Positions 47,697 through 59,100 are shown, numbered from the stretch's first letter. The stretch: DNA of 64,000 nt from an uncultured delta proteobacterium (GCA_963794325.1 CAWCDG010000004.1:1312001-1376000), one strand, 5' to 3'. Notes: a model not told the origin generated them from the sequence alone. Numbers and translations are program-made.

Positions 47697-50096
47697 TCAG
47701 ACGTTGTCTGCAGCTGTATCGGCCCCGGACGACGCGACCTTTCCACCCCATCGCCAATCGCGAATGTCCGGCATATCGTCGCCGTGACGGGCTATGTAGG
47801 CTTTGTGATCGTACAGCTTGTCGCGAATTGCCTGCTTGGCATATGCGGCTCGTTCTGCGAGCTGTGGAACTCTATCGATCACATCATTTACCAACGAAAA
47901 ACGATCCATCCGGTTGAGCACTACCATGTCGAAAGGAGTAGTGGTGGTGCCTTCTTCGATGTAGCCGCGCACGTGTAAATTGGGATGGGATTTTCGACGA
48001 TAGGTCAGTCGGTGAATCAGCCAGGGGTATCCATGAAAGGCGAAGATGATCGGCTTGTCCACGGTGAAAAGCGCGTCGAACTCAAAGTCCGGCAAGCCGT
48101 GCGGATGCTCTTTCGGAGACTGAAGTGTCATGAGATCTACCACGTTGATGACGCGCACCTTAAGCTTGGGTACATAGGTGCGAATCAGATCCACCGCAGC
48201 AAGGGTCTCAAGGGTCGGAGTGTCTCCGCAGCATGCCATCACGACATCGGGCTCAGACCCTTTGTCGTTGGAAGCCCACTCCCAGATGCCAATTCCGGCC
48301 GTGCAATGTCTCACTGCCTCGTCCATTGAAAGCCATTGCGGTGCGGGTTGCTTGCCTGCAACAACTACGTTGACGTAGTTGCGGCTTCGCAAGCAGTGAT
48401 CGGTGACAGAGAGAAGGCAATTTGTGTCGGGCGGCAGGTAGACTCGCACGACCTCCGCCTTCTTGTTTACGACGTGATCGATGAAACCTGGGTCTTGATG
48501 TGAAAACCCATTATGATCCTGACGCCAGACATGTGAGCTGAGTAGATAGTTGAGCGATGCGACCGGACGACGCCAGCCTATGCCATTGCAGACCTTCAGC
48601 CACTTCGCGTGCTGATTGAACATCGAGTCGATAATATGAATAAATGCTTCGTAACAGCTAAAAAACCCATGTCTGCCAGTGAGCAGATAGCCTTCGAGCC
48701 ATCCCTGGCATTGATGCTCACTAAGCACTTCCATCACGCGGCCATCGGGTGAGAGGTTGTCATCTTCGGGAAGGATATCGGCTACGTAGCAACGCTTGGT
48801 GACTTCGAGAATGTCCTGCCAACGATTGGAATTGTTCTCGTCGGGGCTAAATATTCTGAAGTTGACGCTTTCCAGGTTTAACTTCATTACATCCCGGAGA
48901 AATTTTCCCTGAACCCGTGTGGCTTCTACCATTGTCGAACCGGGATTGGAGACTTCGACCGCATATTCGCGGAAGTCCGGCATCTTTAAGTCTTTTAGTA
49001 GCGTTCCCCCGTTCGCATGGGGGTTGTCGCTCATCCTGCGATGCCCTTTCGGCGCGAGTGCGGCCAGATCTTTTTTGAGAGCTCCGTTCTTATCAAATAG
49101 CTCTTCCGGCCGATAACTCTTCATCCACTGCTCGAGAATCATGATGTGCTCAGGCTGGTCCATGTCGCCCATCGGCACCTGATGGCTTCGCCAGTAGTTC
49201 TCACATTTTTTGCCGTCGATCTCCGGAGGGCACGTCCAACCTTTAGGCGTGCGAAAAATGATCATCGGCCAGGCGGGTCGTCGACTAAATCCTTTCTCGC
49301 GGGCATCCTTCCAAATCTGCTTTATCTCGCCAACGGCTGAGTCGAGCGTTTCCGCCATCGCGTGATGCATCTTCATCGGGTCGTGGCCTTCCACGAAATA
49401 CGGCTTATATCCGTATCCTTCGAAGAGGTTTTTCAATTCTTCTTTTGGAATTCTCGCAAGAAAACACGGGTTGGCGATCTTATAGCCATTGAGATGAAGA
49501 ATCGGCAGGACGCAGCCATCGCGCTCCGGGTTAAGAAACTTGTTCCCGTGCCATCCCGTCGCTAACGGCCCCGTTTCAGCCTCTCCGTCTCCGACTACAC
49601 AGGCTACCACCAGATCGGGGTTGTCGAAGGCTGCTCCGTAGGCATGGGACAGGGCGTATCCCAATTCGCCGCCCTCATGAATGGATCCCGGAGTCTCAGG
49701 CGCAACGTGGCTGGGAATGCCTCCAGGAAAGCTGAATTGTTTGAAGAGTCTTCTCATTCCTTCCAGTTCTTGTGAAATGTCCGGATACACTTCGCTGTAG
49801 GTGCCTTCCATATAAGCCTGCGCAACAAGTGCGGGTCCGCCGTGGCCGGGACCTATGATGTACATCATGTCGAGGTCTTCACTCTCGATGACGCGGTTCA
49901 AGTGAACGTAGATGAAGTTTAGACCGGGTGTAGTTCCCCAGTGGCCTAAGAGGCGCGGTTTGATATGTTCCCGCTTAAGGGGTTCTTTCAAAAGTGGATT
50001 ATTCAGTAAATAGATTTGTCCGACTGACAGGTAGTTTGAAGCTCGCCAGTATGCATCCATTTGTCCAATTAAGTCATCATCATGTTTCGACGACAT
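47697..50096 (-). CDS. xfp: xylulose-5-P/fructose-6-P phosphoketolase
   Basis: [25 protein letters not shown] ThDP motif, [23 protein letters not shown]. Confidence 0.95.
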   Translation of the reverse strand: MSSKHDDDLIGQMDAYWRASNYLSVGQIYLLNNPLLKEPLKREHIKPRLLGHWGTTPGLNFIYVHLNRVIESEDLDMMYIIGPGHGGPALVAQAYMEGTYSEVYPDISQELEGMRRLFKQFSFPGGIPSHVAPETPGSIHEGGELGYALSHAYGAAFDNPDLVVACVVGDGEAETGPLATGWHGNKFLNPERDGCVLPILHLNGYKIANPCFLARIPKEELKNLFEGYGYKPYFVEGHDPMKMHHAMAETLDSAVGEIKQIWKDAREKGFSRRPAWPMIIFRTPKGWTCPPEIDGKKCENYWRSHQVPMGDMDQPEHIMILEQWMKSYRPEELFDKNGALKKDLAALAPKGHRRMSDNPHANGGTLLKDLKMPDFREYAVEVSNPGSTMVEATRVQGKFLRDVMKLNLESVNFRIFSPDENNSNRWQDILEVTKRCYVADILPEDDNLSPDGRVMEVLSEHQCQGWLEGYLLTGRHGFFSCYEAFIHIIDSMFNQHAKWLKVCNGIGWRRPVASLNYLLSSHVWRQDHNGFSHQDPGFIDHVVNKKAEVVRVYLPPDTNCLLSVTDHCLRSRNYVNVVVAGKQPAPQWLSMDEAVRHCTAGIGIWEWASNDKGSEPDVVMACCGDTPTLETLAAVDLIRTYVPKLKVRVINVVDLMTLQSPKEHPHGLPDFEFDALFTVDKPIIFAFHGYPWLIHRLTYRRKSHPNLHVRGYIEEGTTTTPFDMVVLNRMDRFSLVNDVIDRVPQLAERAAYAKQAIRDKLYDHKAYIARHGDDMPDIRDWRWGGKVASSGADTAADNV

Positions 50097-50185
50097 GTTC
50101 ACCTCATCCGCGGAGAAGCTGAAGATCGGTCGATTGGCCCTTTAGAAATCCGAGTGGAATCGTAGTGTCGGTATCGGATTTGTGG

Positions 50186-50833
50186 CTATCGGACTTTGGT
50201 CGGATTAATCGACTGGTCCGTGCCACACGGATAGCTAGGGCTTTGGTTCAGAAGCCGAATTACGGGTTCGTCTATGCTGTTATGATCGTATCCGAGGACG
50301 GTAAGAGTTGCCGTCCCGAGTTTGAAATATCGACCAGCAGAAGGACCTAGATTAAGCCAACGAGCTATCAACACTCTTAGAAAATGACCGCTTGAGAATA
50401 CACCGACGTTTCCGTGTACCGTTCGAATACGAGAAAGAAATCGATCGGCTCGGGCGACGACGTCCTCGGGTGATTCACCATTGGGACAACCGTCTCGAAA
50501 AATAATCCACGTTGGGCGTTCGGCCAGAATCTGCGGGCGTTTCTCTCCTTCATAGTCGCCGTAGTTCCACTCCACGAGATCGCGATCGACTTCAGCTACC
50601 GATCCGTATCCGGATAGCTCGCAAGTGCGCGCGGCTCGCTGGAGGGGACTGCAGAACACCCTCTCAAAGCTGGCGCGTTGGAGGCAGTTTTGAAGCGAGC
50701 GCGCCTGGTCCTCGCCCGCGCTCGTCAGTGGAAGATCCGTCAGACCTGTATGCCTGCGAGACACGGTCCATTCGGTCTCACCGTGTCGAATCAGCCATAC
50801 ATCGCGCGTTGCGACCGCATTCATTTCGATCAC
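50186..50833 (-). CDS. histidine phosphatase (phosphoglycerate mutase-like)
   Basis: LIRHGETEW, SPLQRA, EWNYGDYEG, GES. Confidence 0.88.
   Translation of the reverse strand: MIEMNAVATRDVWLIRHGETEWTVSRRHTGLTDLPLTSAGEDQARSLQNCLQRASFERVFCSPLQRAARTCELSGYGSVAEVDRDLVEWNYGDYEGEKRPQILAERPTWIIFRDGCPNGESPEDVVARADRFLSRIRTVHGNVGVFSSGHFLRVLIARWLNLGPSAGRYFKLGTATLTVLGYDHNSIDEPVIRLLNQSPSYPCGTDQSINPTKVR
50188..50205. promoter_or_regulatory. 18-bp regulon palindrome, copy 5 (ATCGGACTTTGGTCGGAT)
   Basis: About 90 bp upstream of xfp, overlapping the last codons of the phosphatase ORF. Confidence 0.7.
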
Positions 50834-50885
50834 TGTGTCGATGAAGACTCATCGCGAAACTAATTTCAGCACCCGCCTCGCGTCC

Positions 50886-50903
50886 ATCGGACCAAAGTCC
50901 GAT
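50886..50903. promoter_or_regulatory. 18-bp regulon palindrome, copy 6 (ATCGGACCAAAGTCCGAT)
   Basis: Perfect 7-bp arms, in the divergent phosphatase/HlyD intergenic region. Confidence 0.75.
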
Positions 50904-51092
50904 AGCGACTCGCCTACTACATTTGGCACTTAGAAGACGCGAGCATTTTTGTCGGATGTCATTCGAGCGAGTCTCTAATTTGGATAGGACGCTTAAGGAG
51001 AGGGGTGCGATAGAGCGGCGTCGCGGCGCTCTGCGCACTCGGGGTTCAAGAGTTCAAATGCGCCTAGCCGCGCTTCTAACAGGTTCTCCAAA

Positions 51093-52109
51093 ATGTCGAG
51101 AAGAGTGATTCTGATAATTGTCGCGGTTGTCGTAGTCGGCGGAGGCGCCGCCGGGTGGTTTTTATTACGCAAGCCCGGTTTGCCTCCCGGCTTTGCAGGC
51201 GCGAATGGGCGACTTGAGGCCAAGCAGGTCGACATTGCCACCAAATACCAGGGCCGGATCAAGGACGTGCTCGCCGACGAAGGCGATAACGTCGACGCAG
51301 GCCAAGTCGTCGCCAAGATGGATACCGAGCCGCTCGAAGCGCAGCTGCGCAGCGACGAGGCCAAGATCAAAGAGGCCCAGGATAATCGACGTACCTCGCT
51401 CGCAGAAGTGGCCGCCAAGCAAGCAGAGCTCAACTACTCGGACAAGCAGTACAAGCGCTCGAAGGAGTTGGTCGGGCGCGGCGCGGTGAGCGAACAGGAA
51501 GCTGATGTCGACCGCGCCCATATGGAAGTGAACCGAGCAGCCTTGCTAGGCGCCCAAGCTCAGGCAGTGCGAACCCAATCCTCTATCGACGCTGCTACCG
51601 CTGATGCGGAACGGATCAAGGCCGAAATCGAAGACAGCGTCCTCAAGTCGCCGATTAGAGGGCGGGTTCAGAACCGCCTGGCTGAGCCAGGCGAAGTCCT
51701 TCCAGCTGGCGGCAAGGTGTTGGCGTTGGTCGACCTGAGCGACGTCTATATGTATGTTTTTCTGCCCGAGACGATCGCGGGCGGCGTGGCGCTCGGATCG
51801 GAGGGCAGAATCGTACTCGATGCCGCCAGTGAGTATCCGATTAAGGCGGTGGTTTCGTTTGTTTCACCCAGCGCGCAATTTACACCCAAGACGGTCGAAA
51901 CCGCCGAAGAGCGCCACAATCTGACCTTTCGCGTAAAGCTGCAAATCGACAAGGATCGACTGCGTCAATTCGAACCTTTCGTGAAGGTTGGAATTCCCGG
52001 TATGGGCTATGTTCGGCTCGACAGCAATGCACAGTGGCCGGAAACCCTGCAGGTGAAGCAAGTTCCTGAACAACTCTGGAACCCTACCGGCCGGTCCGCT
52101 TCCAATTAG
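51093..52109 (+). CDS. HlyD-family membrane fusion protein (YhiI-like)
   Basis: N-terminal TM, NGRLEA, coiled coil, AQFTPKTVET. Confidence 0.9.
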   Translation: MSRRVILIIVAVVVVGGGAAGWFLLRKPGLPPGFAGANGRLEAKQVDIATKYQGRIKDVLADEGDNVDAGQVVAKMDTEPLEAQLRSDEAKIKEAQDNRRTSLAEVAAKQAELNYSDKQYKRSKELVGRGAVSEQEADVDRAHMEVNRAALLGAQAQAVRTQSSIDAATADAERIKAEIEDSVLKSPIRGRVQNRLAEPGEVLPAGGKVLALVDLSDVYMYVFLPETIAGGVALGSEGRIVLDAASEYPIKAVVSFVSPSAQFTPKTVETAEERHNLTFRVKLQIDKDRLRQFEPFVKVGIPGMGYVRLDSNAQWPETLQVKQVPEQLWNPTGRSASN

Positions 52110-52119
52110 TGCAATCGTC

Positions 52120-54900
52120 ATGGGTGGATCGGCTGCTAGCGTTGATAAGACCGAACTGAGCACGGCCGCGGTCGCCAGCGTAAAGAGAGTTACGCAACGC
52201 TATGGTAAGGCGATCGCGCTCGATGAGATCAGCCTCGACTTCCCCTCGCAGAAGATGATCGGCCTAATCGGCCCTGACGGGGTAGGTAAGTCTACTCTTC
52301 TGGGAATCATCGCCGGCGTTCGGAAACTACAAGCCGGGACGGTCGAGGTGCTGGGCGGCAATATATCGGACGCGCGTTTCCGCAATTCAGTGTCCGCGCG
52401 AATCGCATATCTCCCTCAAGGGCTCGGTAAGAACCTCTATCCAACTCTATCGATCTTCGAGAACGTGGATTTCTTCGGACGGCTGTTCGGGCAATCGCGC
52501 GAGGAACGGGAATGGCGAATCAAGGATTTACTTGCCAGTACTGACCTGACGCCATTCCGCGATCGTCCTGCCGGCAAGCTATCAGGCGGGATGAAGCAGA
52601 AGCTGGGCCTTTGTTGTTCGCTGATTCACGATCCCGATCTGCTTATCCTTGACGAGCCGACAACCGGAGTTGACCCGCTCGCGCGTCGACAATTCTGGGA
52701 ACTGATCGACCGCATTCGCGTCCGCCGCACCAGCATGAGCGTGATGGTCGCCACCGCCTACATGGACGAGGCGGAACGGTTCGATTGGCTGGTCGCGATG
52801 AATGCCGGCAAGGTGTTGGCGACCGGCACCGCCGATGAACTAAAGAACGAGACCAACGAGAAGACGCTTGAACAGGCCTTCATTCGGCTGCTTCCAGAGG
52901 AATCACGCCGAGGACACAAGGAGCCTGTGATTACTCCCCGCCAATCCAGCGGTGGGCCTCCGGCGATCGAAGCCCACGGCCTCACGCAACAATTCGGCAG
53001 TTTTACTGCAGTCGATCACGTGAACTTCCGCATCGAGCAGGGCGAGATTTTCGGATTCCTCGGTTCCAACGGCTGCGGCAAAACTACAACGATGAAAATG
53101 CTCACTGGGCTGCTGCCGCCGACTGAAGGTACGGCGCTGCTGTTCGGTAAGCCGGTGAAAGGCGGCGACGTGGAGTCGCGCCGACGTGTAGGCTTCATGA
53201 CGCAAGCCTTTTCGCTCTACACCGAATTGACGGTGCGCCAGAACCTTGTGCTGCACGCCCGGCTTTTCGATCTTCCCGAAGAGGCAGGACGAAAGCGCGT
53301 CGCCGACTTGCTCGCGCTTTTCCAGCTTGAGCCTGTCGCCGACACTCTGACCGAAAGCCTGCCTTTGGGCATCCGTCAGCGGCTTTCTCTTGCCGTCGCG
53401 GTAATCCATGAACCTGAAATGCTCATTCTCGACGAACCGACTTCAGGCGTCGACCCTGTAGCGCGCGATGGATTTTGGGAACTGCTCATTAAACTCTCGC
53501 GCGAGAATGGTGTGACGATCTTTCTTTCCACTCACTTCATGAACGAGGCGGAGCGATGCGATCGCATGTCGATGATGCACGCGGGAAAAGTCCTTGCTCA
53601 GGGACCGCCCGCCAGCCTGGTCGAAGAAAGAAAGGCGAAGAACCTCGAGGACGCCTTTATCGGTTACCTTGAGGAAGCTGCTGAAAAATCCAAAGCAGCA
53701 TCCACAGCAGCGGCTCCGTCGGCTGCGGCAACCGAAATCGAAGCGGCTCCTGCTCATGTCGACGAAGCCCCGAGCCGATTCAGCCTTGGTCGGGTGTGGG
53801 CCTTCACGCGCCGAGAAGCAGTCGAACTGCAACACGACTCGGTCCGACTGGCATTCGCGGTGCTCGGTCCGATTCTACTGATGATCGTCTTTGGTTACGG
53901 CATCTCGCTCGACGTAGACCATCTTCCTTTTGCAGTGTTGGATGCCGACGGAACTCGAGCAAGCCGTGACTATGTCGATAGCTTCCGCGGCTCCTATTAC
54001 TTCGTCGAGAACTCTCCCATACCCAACTACTCCGAACTCGATCGGCGGCTGCGAAACGGCGAACTACGTCTCGCTCTCGAACTGCCTCCGGGGTTTCAGA
54101 AGGATTTGCAGCGCGGCCGGCAGCCGGACGTGAACGTCTATATCGATGCGGCTCAGCCATTTCGGGCCGAGACAGCGCGTGGCTATGTAGAAAGTGTCCA
54201 TGACCAGTACCAGACCAGGTTACGCGAGTCGAAAGGACTTCCCCCGCCTTCCAAGCCGATAAAAGTCGAAGCACGCGCGCTTTACAATCAGGCGTTCAAA
54301 AGCATTTACGCGATGGTACCCGGCGACATCATGCTCCTTCTCATCCTGATTCCCAGCATGCTCACGGCTCTCAGCGTTGTTCGCGAAAAGGAACTCGGGT
54401 CAATCGCGAACTTTTATGCCGCTCCAGCAACCAGGCTGGAATTTCTTGCGGGCAAGCAGCTGCCCTACATTGGCGTGGCGCTGGTTCAGTTCGCGACTTT
54501 GGTCGCGTTGGCAATCTTGCTATTCCGTGTCCCCTTAAAGGGAAGCTGGGAGACGCTCGTCCTCGGCGGAGTGATCTATGTACTGGCCACCACAGGTTTT
54601 GGTCTGCTGATTTCGGTGTTCGCTCCTACGCAAACGGCAGCAATCTTTGCCGCCGCGATAATAACCATTCTTCCGGCAGTGCAGTTCTCTGGAATGTTTG
54701 TTCCGGTATCGTCGCTGAAAGGGGGAGCATGGTTCGCAGCGAGGATCTTCCCGAGCACCTACTTCCAGGCGATCAGTGTCGGGACGTTTACCAAGGCTCT
54801 GGGTTTTTCGTCTTTGTGGCGAGATATAGCCGCTCTTGCAGTTCTCGCCCTCATTTACTTCGGCACGTCCGTCTCGTTGCTGAAAAAGCAGGAGAACTAG
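52120..54900 (+). CDS. rbbA: RbbA-type ABC protein (two ATPase domains + ABC-2 permease)
   Basis: GPDGVGKS, YLPQGLGKNLYP, LSGGMKQ, GSNGCGKT, LDEPTSGVDP, REKELGSIANFY. Confidence 0.9.
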   Translation: MGGSAASVDKTELSTAAVASVKRVTQRYGKAIALDEISLDFPSQKMIGLIGPDGVGKSTLLGIIAGVRKLQAGTVEVLGGNISDARFRNSVSARIAYLPQGLGKNLYPTLSIFENVDFFGRLFGQSREEREWRIKDLLASTDLTPFRDRPAGKLSGGMKQKLGLCCSLIHDPDLLILDEPTTGVDPLARRQFWELIDRIRVRRTSMSVMVATAYMDEAERFDWLVAMNAGKVLATGTADELKNETNEKTLEQAFIRLLPEESRRGHKEPVITPRQSSGGPPAIEAHGLTQQFGSFTAVDHVNFRIEQGEIFGFLGSNGCGKTTTMKMLTGLLPPTEGTALLFGKPVKGGDVESRRRVGFMTQAFSLYTELTVRQNLVLHARLFDLPEEAGRKRVADLLALFQLEPVADTLTESLPLGIRQRLSLAVAVIHEPEMLILDEPTSGVDPVARDGFWELLIKLSRENGVTIFLSTHFMNEAERCDRMSMMHAGKVLAQGPPASLVEERKAKNLEDAFIGYLEEAAEKSKAASTAAAPSAAATEIEAAPAHVDEAPSRFSLGRVWAFTRREAVELQHDSVRLAFAVLGPILLMIVFGYGISLDVDHLPFAVLDADGTRASRDYVDSFRGSYYFVENSPIPNYSELDRRLRNGELRLALELPPGFQKDLQRGRQPDVNVYIDAAQPFRAETARGYVESVHDQYQTRLRESKGLPPPSKPIKVEARALYNQAFKSIYAMVPGDIMLLLILIPSMLTALSVVREKELGSIANFYAAPATRLEFLAGKQLPYIGVALVQFATLVALAILLFRVPLKGSWETLVLGGVIYVLATTGFGLLISVFAPTQTAAIFAAAIITILPAVQFSGMFVPVSSLKGGAWFAARIFPSTYFQAISVGTFTKALGFSSLWRDIAALAVLALIYFGTSVSLLKKQEN

Positions 54901-54903
54901 GCG

Positions 54904-56031
54904 TTGCGGCATCTCCGGCACATCTTTCAGCTTGGCATCAAGGAGCTGCTCAGCCTTGCTCGCGATCCGGTCCTGCTCTTTCTGATCGCTTACTCGTTTA
55001 CCTTCTCTGTTTACACGCCTGCGAAGAGCGCTGTCATGGATGTAATAAATGCCTCCGTCGCAGTCGTGGACGAAGATCATTCGACTGTCTCCCGGCAGAT
55101 ACGGGACTCACTGTTGCCGCCGCTGTTTCTCCCCGCGGCCGTCATACCGTTTGGCGAGATCAACCGTGTAATGGACGAGGGAAAATATACGTTCGTTATC
55201 GATATTCCGCCCAAGTTTCAGCACGACCTCACTAAGGGCGCAACACCTACCGTCGAAGTTATCACCGACGCGACCGCTATGAGCCAAGCGGGCAGGGGTC
55301 CTTCATATATTCAGAAAATCATCACCGCGGAAGCTGAGCCTTTCTGGGCCGGCAAGGGAAAGCGCGAAAATCAGGATCTGGTTCGGCTGGTGACCCGGGC
55401 GCGATTTAACCCAAACATGCAACAAAGCTGGTTTGTGGCGATCAACCAGATCATAAACAACATTTCCGTACTTGCAATTTTTCTTACGGGTGCCGCAGTC
55501 CTTCGTGAGCGCGAACATGGAACGATTGAGCATCTGCTGGTTATGCCTTTGAGCCCCTACGAGCTGATGTTCGCCAAGATTTGGGCCAATGGACTCGTCG
55601 TAGTTGTGGCCGTGATGGTTTCGCTTTTCCTGGTTGTAAAAGTAGCGATCGGAGTTCCTATCGCGGGTTCAATTCCACTCTTCATCGGCGGCCTCATCAT
55701 TTATCTGTTTTCGGTCACAGCCCTCGGCGTCATGCTCGCAACCCTTGTTCGTTCCATGCCGCAATTCGGACTGTTAGCCTTTCCGGTTTTCATCGTCATG
55801 AGCCTCCTATCGGGTGGCCAGACGCCTCTCGAAAGCATGCCGATTGCGCTGCAAAAGTTCATGCAGTTTGTACCCTCGACACACTTCGTCAGTTTCTCTC
55901 AGGCGGTACTGTTCAGGAACGCGACTCCGGCGATGGTTTGGCCCGACATGACCAAGATGCTTTTGATCGGCGCCGCCTACACCATGTTCACGCTTTCGAG
56001 GTTCCGTAAGATGCTTGCGGCAATCCAATAG
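54904..56031 (+). CDS. ABC-2 permease (YhhJ-like)
   Basis: REREHGTIEHLLVMP, LLSGGQTPLESMP. Confidence 0.9.
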   Translation: MRHLRHIFQLGIKELLSLARDPVLLFLIAYSFTFSVYTPAKSAVMDVINASVAVVDEDHSTVSRQIRDSLLPPLFLPAAVIPFGEINRVMDEGKYTFVIDIPPKFQHDLTKGATPTVEVITDATAMSQAGRGPSYIQKIITAEAEPFWAGKGKRENQDLVRLVTRARFNPNMQQSWFVAINQIINNISVLAIFLTGAAVLREREHGTIEHLLVMPLSPYELMFAKIWANGLVVVVAVMVSLFLVVKVAIGVPIAGSIPLFIGGLIIYLFSVTALGVMLATLVRSMPQFGLLAFPVFIVMSLLSGGQTPLESMPIALQKFMQFVPSTHFVSFSQAVLFRNATPAMVWPDMTKMLLIGAAYTMFTLSRFRKMLAAIQ

Positions 56032-56040
56032 GGGTTTTCG

Positions 56041-57531
56041 GTGAATAAGCGCTCGTCAACAAGGTCTATAAGTCTGAGCTCAGTCGTGATTCTATCCGCC
56101 CTCCTGCTTCTGACGGGGTGCTCGCCGACAGCCGAACCCAAGGGTTTCTGGGGTAAACTATGGAAAATCGAAGTTGGACCCGACTACAAGCGACCTGATG
56201 CGGCGCCAGTACAAGAGTTTCGCTCTCAGATTGGTCCTGCCGAGAACGCGTCGCTGGCTGATTTGCCATGGTGGAGCGTCTTTAAGGACCCGCAGCTCCA
56301 GCAGCTGGTTGTTGAAGCCCTTGCACGCAACTACGACCTGCAGCTTGCAGTCGCTCGAGTTGATCAGGCTCGCTCGCTAGTCTGGGTAGCCGCCTCCCCG
56401 TTCTATCCACAAGCGGGCTATCAGGCGTTCGCCGGACGCGAGAGGATCTTCTTGCCTGTGGAAAACGGGAACGGCAATCTGACTTACAATGCTTTTGGTG
56501 CCCTGCTCAACGCGACCTGGGAGATAGATGTATGGGGCCGTATCCGACGGTCGACTGAAGCGGCACGCGCGAATTTGTTCGCTCAGGAAGATGTACGGCG
56601 CGGCGTGATGCTGACCCTGGTGAGCGACGTAGCCACTGGCTATTTCGGGCTATTGGAGCTGGATCGGGAGCTCGCTATTGCTCAAGAGAGCTCAACAACC
56701 TACAAAGAGACGCTTGATCTGTTCACGCAGCGCTTTCAGTTCGGCAGGGACAGCAAGCTACCGGTGGAGCGTGCGCAGGCCGCCTACGATTCGAGTATTG
56801 CCAACGTCGCGGCTTTGAAACGCGCGATCGCTCTGCAGGAAAATGCCCTCAGCATCCTTCTCGGCGCCTATCCGAAAGAAATCGAACGAGGGATCGAGTT
56901 GACCGGACAATCTGTGCCCGACTCCCCGCTCGGCTTGACTACCGATTTGCTTCAGCGGCGCCCCGATATCATGCAGGCCGAACAAACCATGATTGGCGCA
57001 AACGCCGAGATCGGTGTGGCAGTGGCCAACTTCTTCCCTCGCATAGGATTGACCGCCCTTTACGGCGGCCAGAGCGCGAACATCGGCGACGTTTTCGAAT
57101 CAAGTTTCAGTATCTGGAACATCGCCGGAGGATTTGCCGGCCCTCTTTTCCAGGGTGGCCGATTGATCGAAAGCTACTACGCGCAGCAGGCTTTCTGGAA
57201 CGGAACAATTGCTCAATACCAGCAAACGATTCTGGTCGCATTTCAGGAAGTATCGGATGCGCTGGTCGCAGAACAGACACTGGTCGATCAGCGCGCCGCT
57301 CTTGCGCATCAGGTCGGCGCGCTAAAAGAATCTGTCGACCTATCACTACTGCGTTACCGAGCGGGCCGGGCGAGCTATTTCGAGGTTCTGGAAGCTGAAC
57401 AGTTGCTATTCCCGACCGAAGATGCACTTGCGCAAACGCAGCGTGATCAACTCCTTGCGTTTGTCAACCTCTACAAGGCGCTCGGCGGAGGATGGAACCT
57501 GAGCGACGTACAGTGGAGCCACCACGGTTAG
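56041..57531 (+). CDS. NodT/OprM-family outer-membrane efflux lipoprotein
   Basis: Lipobox LTGC, VGPDY.RP, WEIDVWGR, LLQRRPDI, LYKALGGGW. Confidence 0.92.
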   Translation: MNKRSSTRSISLSSVVILSALLLLTGCSPTAEPKGFWGKLWKIEVGPDYKRPDAAPVQEFRSQIGPAENASLADLPWWSVFKDPQLQQLVVEALARNYDLQLAVARVDQARSLVWVAASPFYPQAGYQAFAGRERIFLPVENGNGNLTYNAFGALLNATWEIDVWGRIRRSTEAARANLFAQEDVRRGVMLTLVSDVATGYFGLLELDRELAIAQESSTTYKETLDLFTQRFQFGRDSKLPVERAQAAYDSSIANVAALKRAIALQENALSILLGAYPKEIERGIELTGQSVPDSPLGLTTDLLQRRPDIMQAEQTMIGANAEIGVAVANFFPRIGLTALYGGQSANIGDVFESSFSIWNIAGGFAGPLFQGGRLIESYYAQQAFWNGTIAQYQQTILVAFQEVSDALVAEQTLVDQRAALAHQVGALKESVDLSLLRYRAGRASYFEVLEAEQLLFPTEDALAQTQRDQLLAFVNLYKALGGGWNLSDVQWSHHG

Positions 57532-57570
57532 CCACTATAGCCGCACGCGGTTTTCGATAGGAGTTAGCAA

Positions 57571-58416
57571 TTGGAAGATAATCCCAAAGATAAACGCTCG
57601 AAACAACTGCGCGCGGCTGCTTCTTCGAACCTACCCAAGAAGCTGAAACGCAAAGATTTCGAAAAGCATCTTGCGAAACTCCAGGCCGAGCTCGTGAAAC
57701 TACAGCACTGGGTCCAGCATAAAAAGCTGAAGGTCGTGGTGATTTTCGAAGGTCGCGATGCCGCCGGTAAGGGCGGCGTCATCAAGCGAATCACCGAAAG
57801 AGTCAGTCCTAGAGTCTTTCGACTCGTTGCACTTCCAGCACCTACAGAGCGCGAAAAGTCTCAGATGTACGTTCAGCGATACATTCGGCACATGCCGGCC
57901 GGAGGAGAGGTAGTCATCTTCGATCGTAGTTGGTACAACCGCGCGGGCGTGGAGAGAGTGATGGGGTTTTGCAGCGAAAATGATGTAACTCGCTTTCTTG
58001 AAATGTGTCCCACCTGGGAACGCACGATGATAGAGAATGGGATCATCCTTATAAAGTATTGGTTCGAAGTGAGCCAAAAGGAACAGACTAAACGTTTTCT
58101 GGGTCGTATCAACGACGGTCGGAAGGTATGGAAGCTCAGTCCTATGGACCTGGAATCTCACCGCCGATGGTACGATTACTCACGAGCAAGGGACGCCATG
58201 CTACTTGCCACGGATACTCCGTTCGCGCCGTGGTACATAGTCAACGCCGATGACAAAAAGCGCGCGCGTATTAACTGTATATCGCACCTCCTGAGTCTGA
58301 TCCCTTACGAGAACGTCAAGCAGACGCCAGTAGAGCTTCCTAAGAGACAAAAGCCGCAGGGCTATGCAGAACCTAAGAATCGTCGGTACAACATTGTGCC
58401 GGAAGCGTTGAAATAG
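57571..58416 (+). CDS. ppk2: polyphosphate kinase 2
   Basis: FEGRDAAGKGG, FDRSWYNR, WKLSPMD, DDKKRAR. Confidence 0.95.
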   Translation: MEDNPKDKRSKQLRAAASSNLPKKLKRKDFEKHLAKLQAELVKLQHWVQHKKLKVVVIFEGRDAAGKGGVIKRITERVSPRVFRLVALPAPTEREKSQMYVQRYIRHMPAGGEVVIFDRSWYNRAGVERVMGFCSENDVTRFLEMCPTWERTMIENGIILIKYWFEVSQKEQTKRFLGRINDGRKVWKLSPMDLESHRRWYDYSRARDAMLLATDTPFAPWYIVNADDKKRARINCISHLLSLIPYENVKQTPVELPKRQKPQGYAEPKNRRYNIVPEALK

Positions 58417-58441
58417 GACAGTCATTCCAAAGGAGAAAAGC

Positions 58442-59053
58442 ATGACAGCGCGTAGAATTCTGTGGGTCTTGAGTTTGGTGATACTCGGATTTGCCATGAA
58501 CCCAGCGATGCCTTTGGCGCGGGCCCAGGCAACTGCACCCGCACCCGCTTCAGCTGGTGACGCCGAAAGTCTACGCGCGGCTACTGTCTTAACGATTCAT
58601 GGAACAGTAACCGCCGTCGACAAAGCCCAGAAGTTGGTGACCGTTCAAGTCCTTAGTGGCGAAAAATATACTCTGAAGGTAGATAACCCGGTCAACCTGG
58701 ATGCAGCTAGCGTAGGGACGGGGGTCGTCGTGCGTTACTATGAAGCGGTTACGGTCCGGAAAAAGAAGGCTGGCGAGTCTCTGCCGGCTTTATCGGTAAG
58801 CGGCGGTGTTGTGACCGCAAAGGCGGGCGGAGCTCCTGGCGCTGTGGCCGAGGAGCATTTGAAAGCGGTTGTTTCAGTGGTACAAGTAGACAAAGCAAAC
58901 GGAACGGTAACGATAAAAGGAGCGGATGGATCGGTCGAAACCGCGAAGGCGAATAATCCGAAAGTGCTGTCCCACCTGAAAGCCGGTGACGATCTGGTCA
59001 TTACTGCCTCGCGCGCGACCGCGATTTCCTTGGACAAGGAAGCCGGGAAGTAA
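58442..59053 (+). CDS. secreted protein with two OB-fold-like repeats
   Basis: Signal peptide and repeated VTAVDK..VTV / VVQVDK..TVTIKG units. Confidence 0.6.
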   Translation: MTARRILWVLSLVILGFAMNPAMPLARAQATAPAPASAGDAESLRAATVLTIHGTVTAVDKAQKLVTVQVLSGEKYTLKVDNPVNLDAASVGTGVVVRYYEAVTVRKKKAGESLPALSVSGGVVTAKAGGAPGAVAEEHLKAVVSVVQVDKANGTVTIKGADGSVETAKANNPKVLSHLKAGDDLVITASRATAISLDKEAGK

Positions 59054-59065
59054 GCTTGCTGACAG

Positions 59066-59100
59066 GGCCTTCGAACTGATCCAAAAACAGTTCGAAGGCC
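59066..59100. terminator. 13-bp perfect hairpin between convergent genes
   Basis: GGCCTTCGAACTG-N9-CAGTTCGAAGGCC. Confidence 0.6.
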
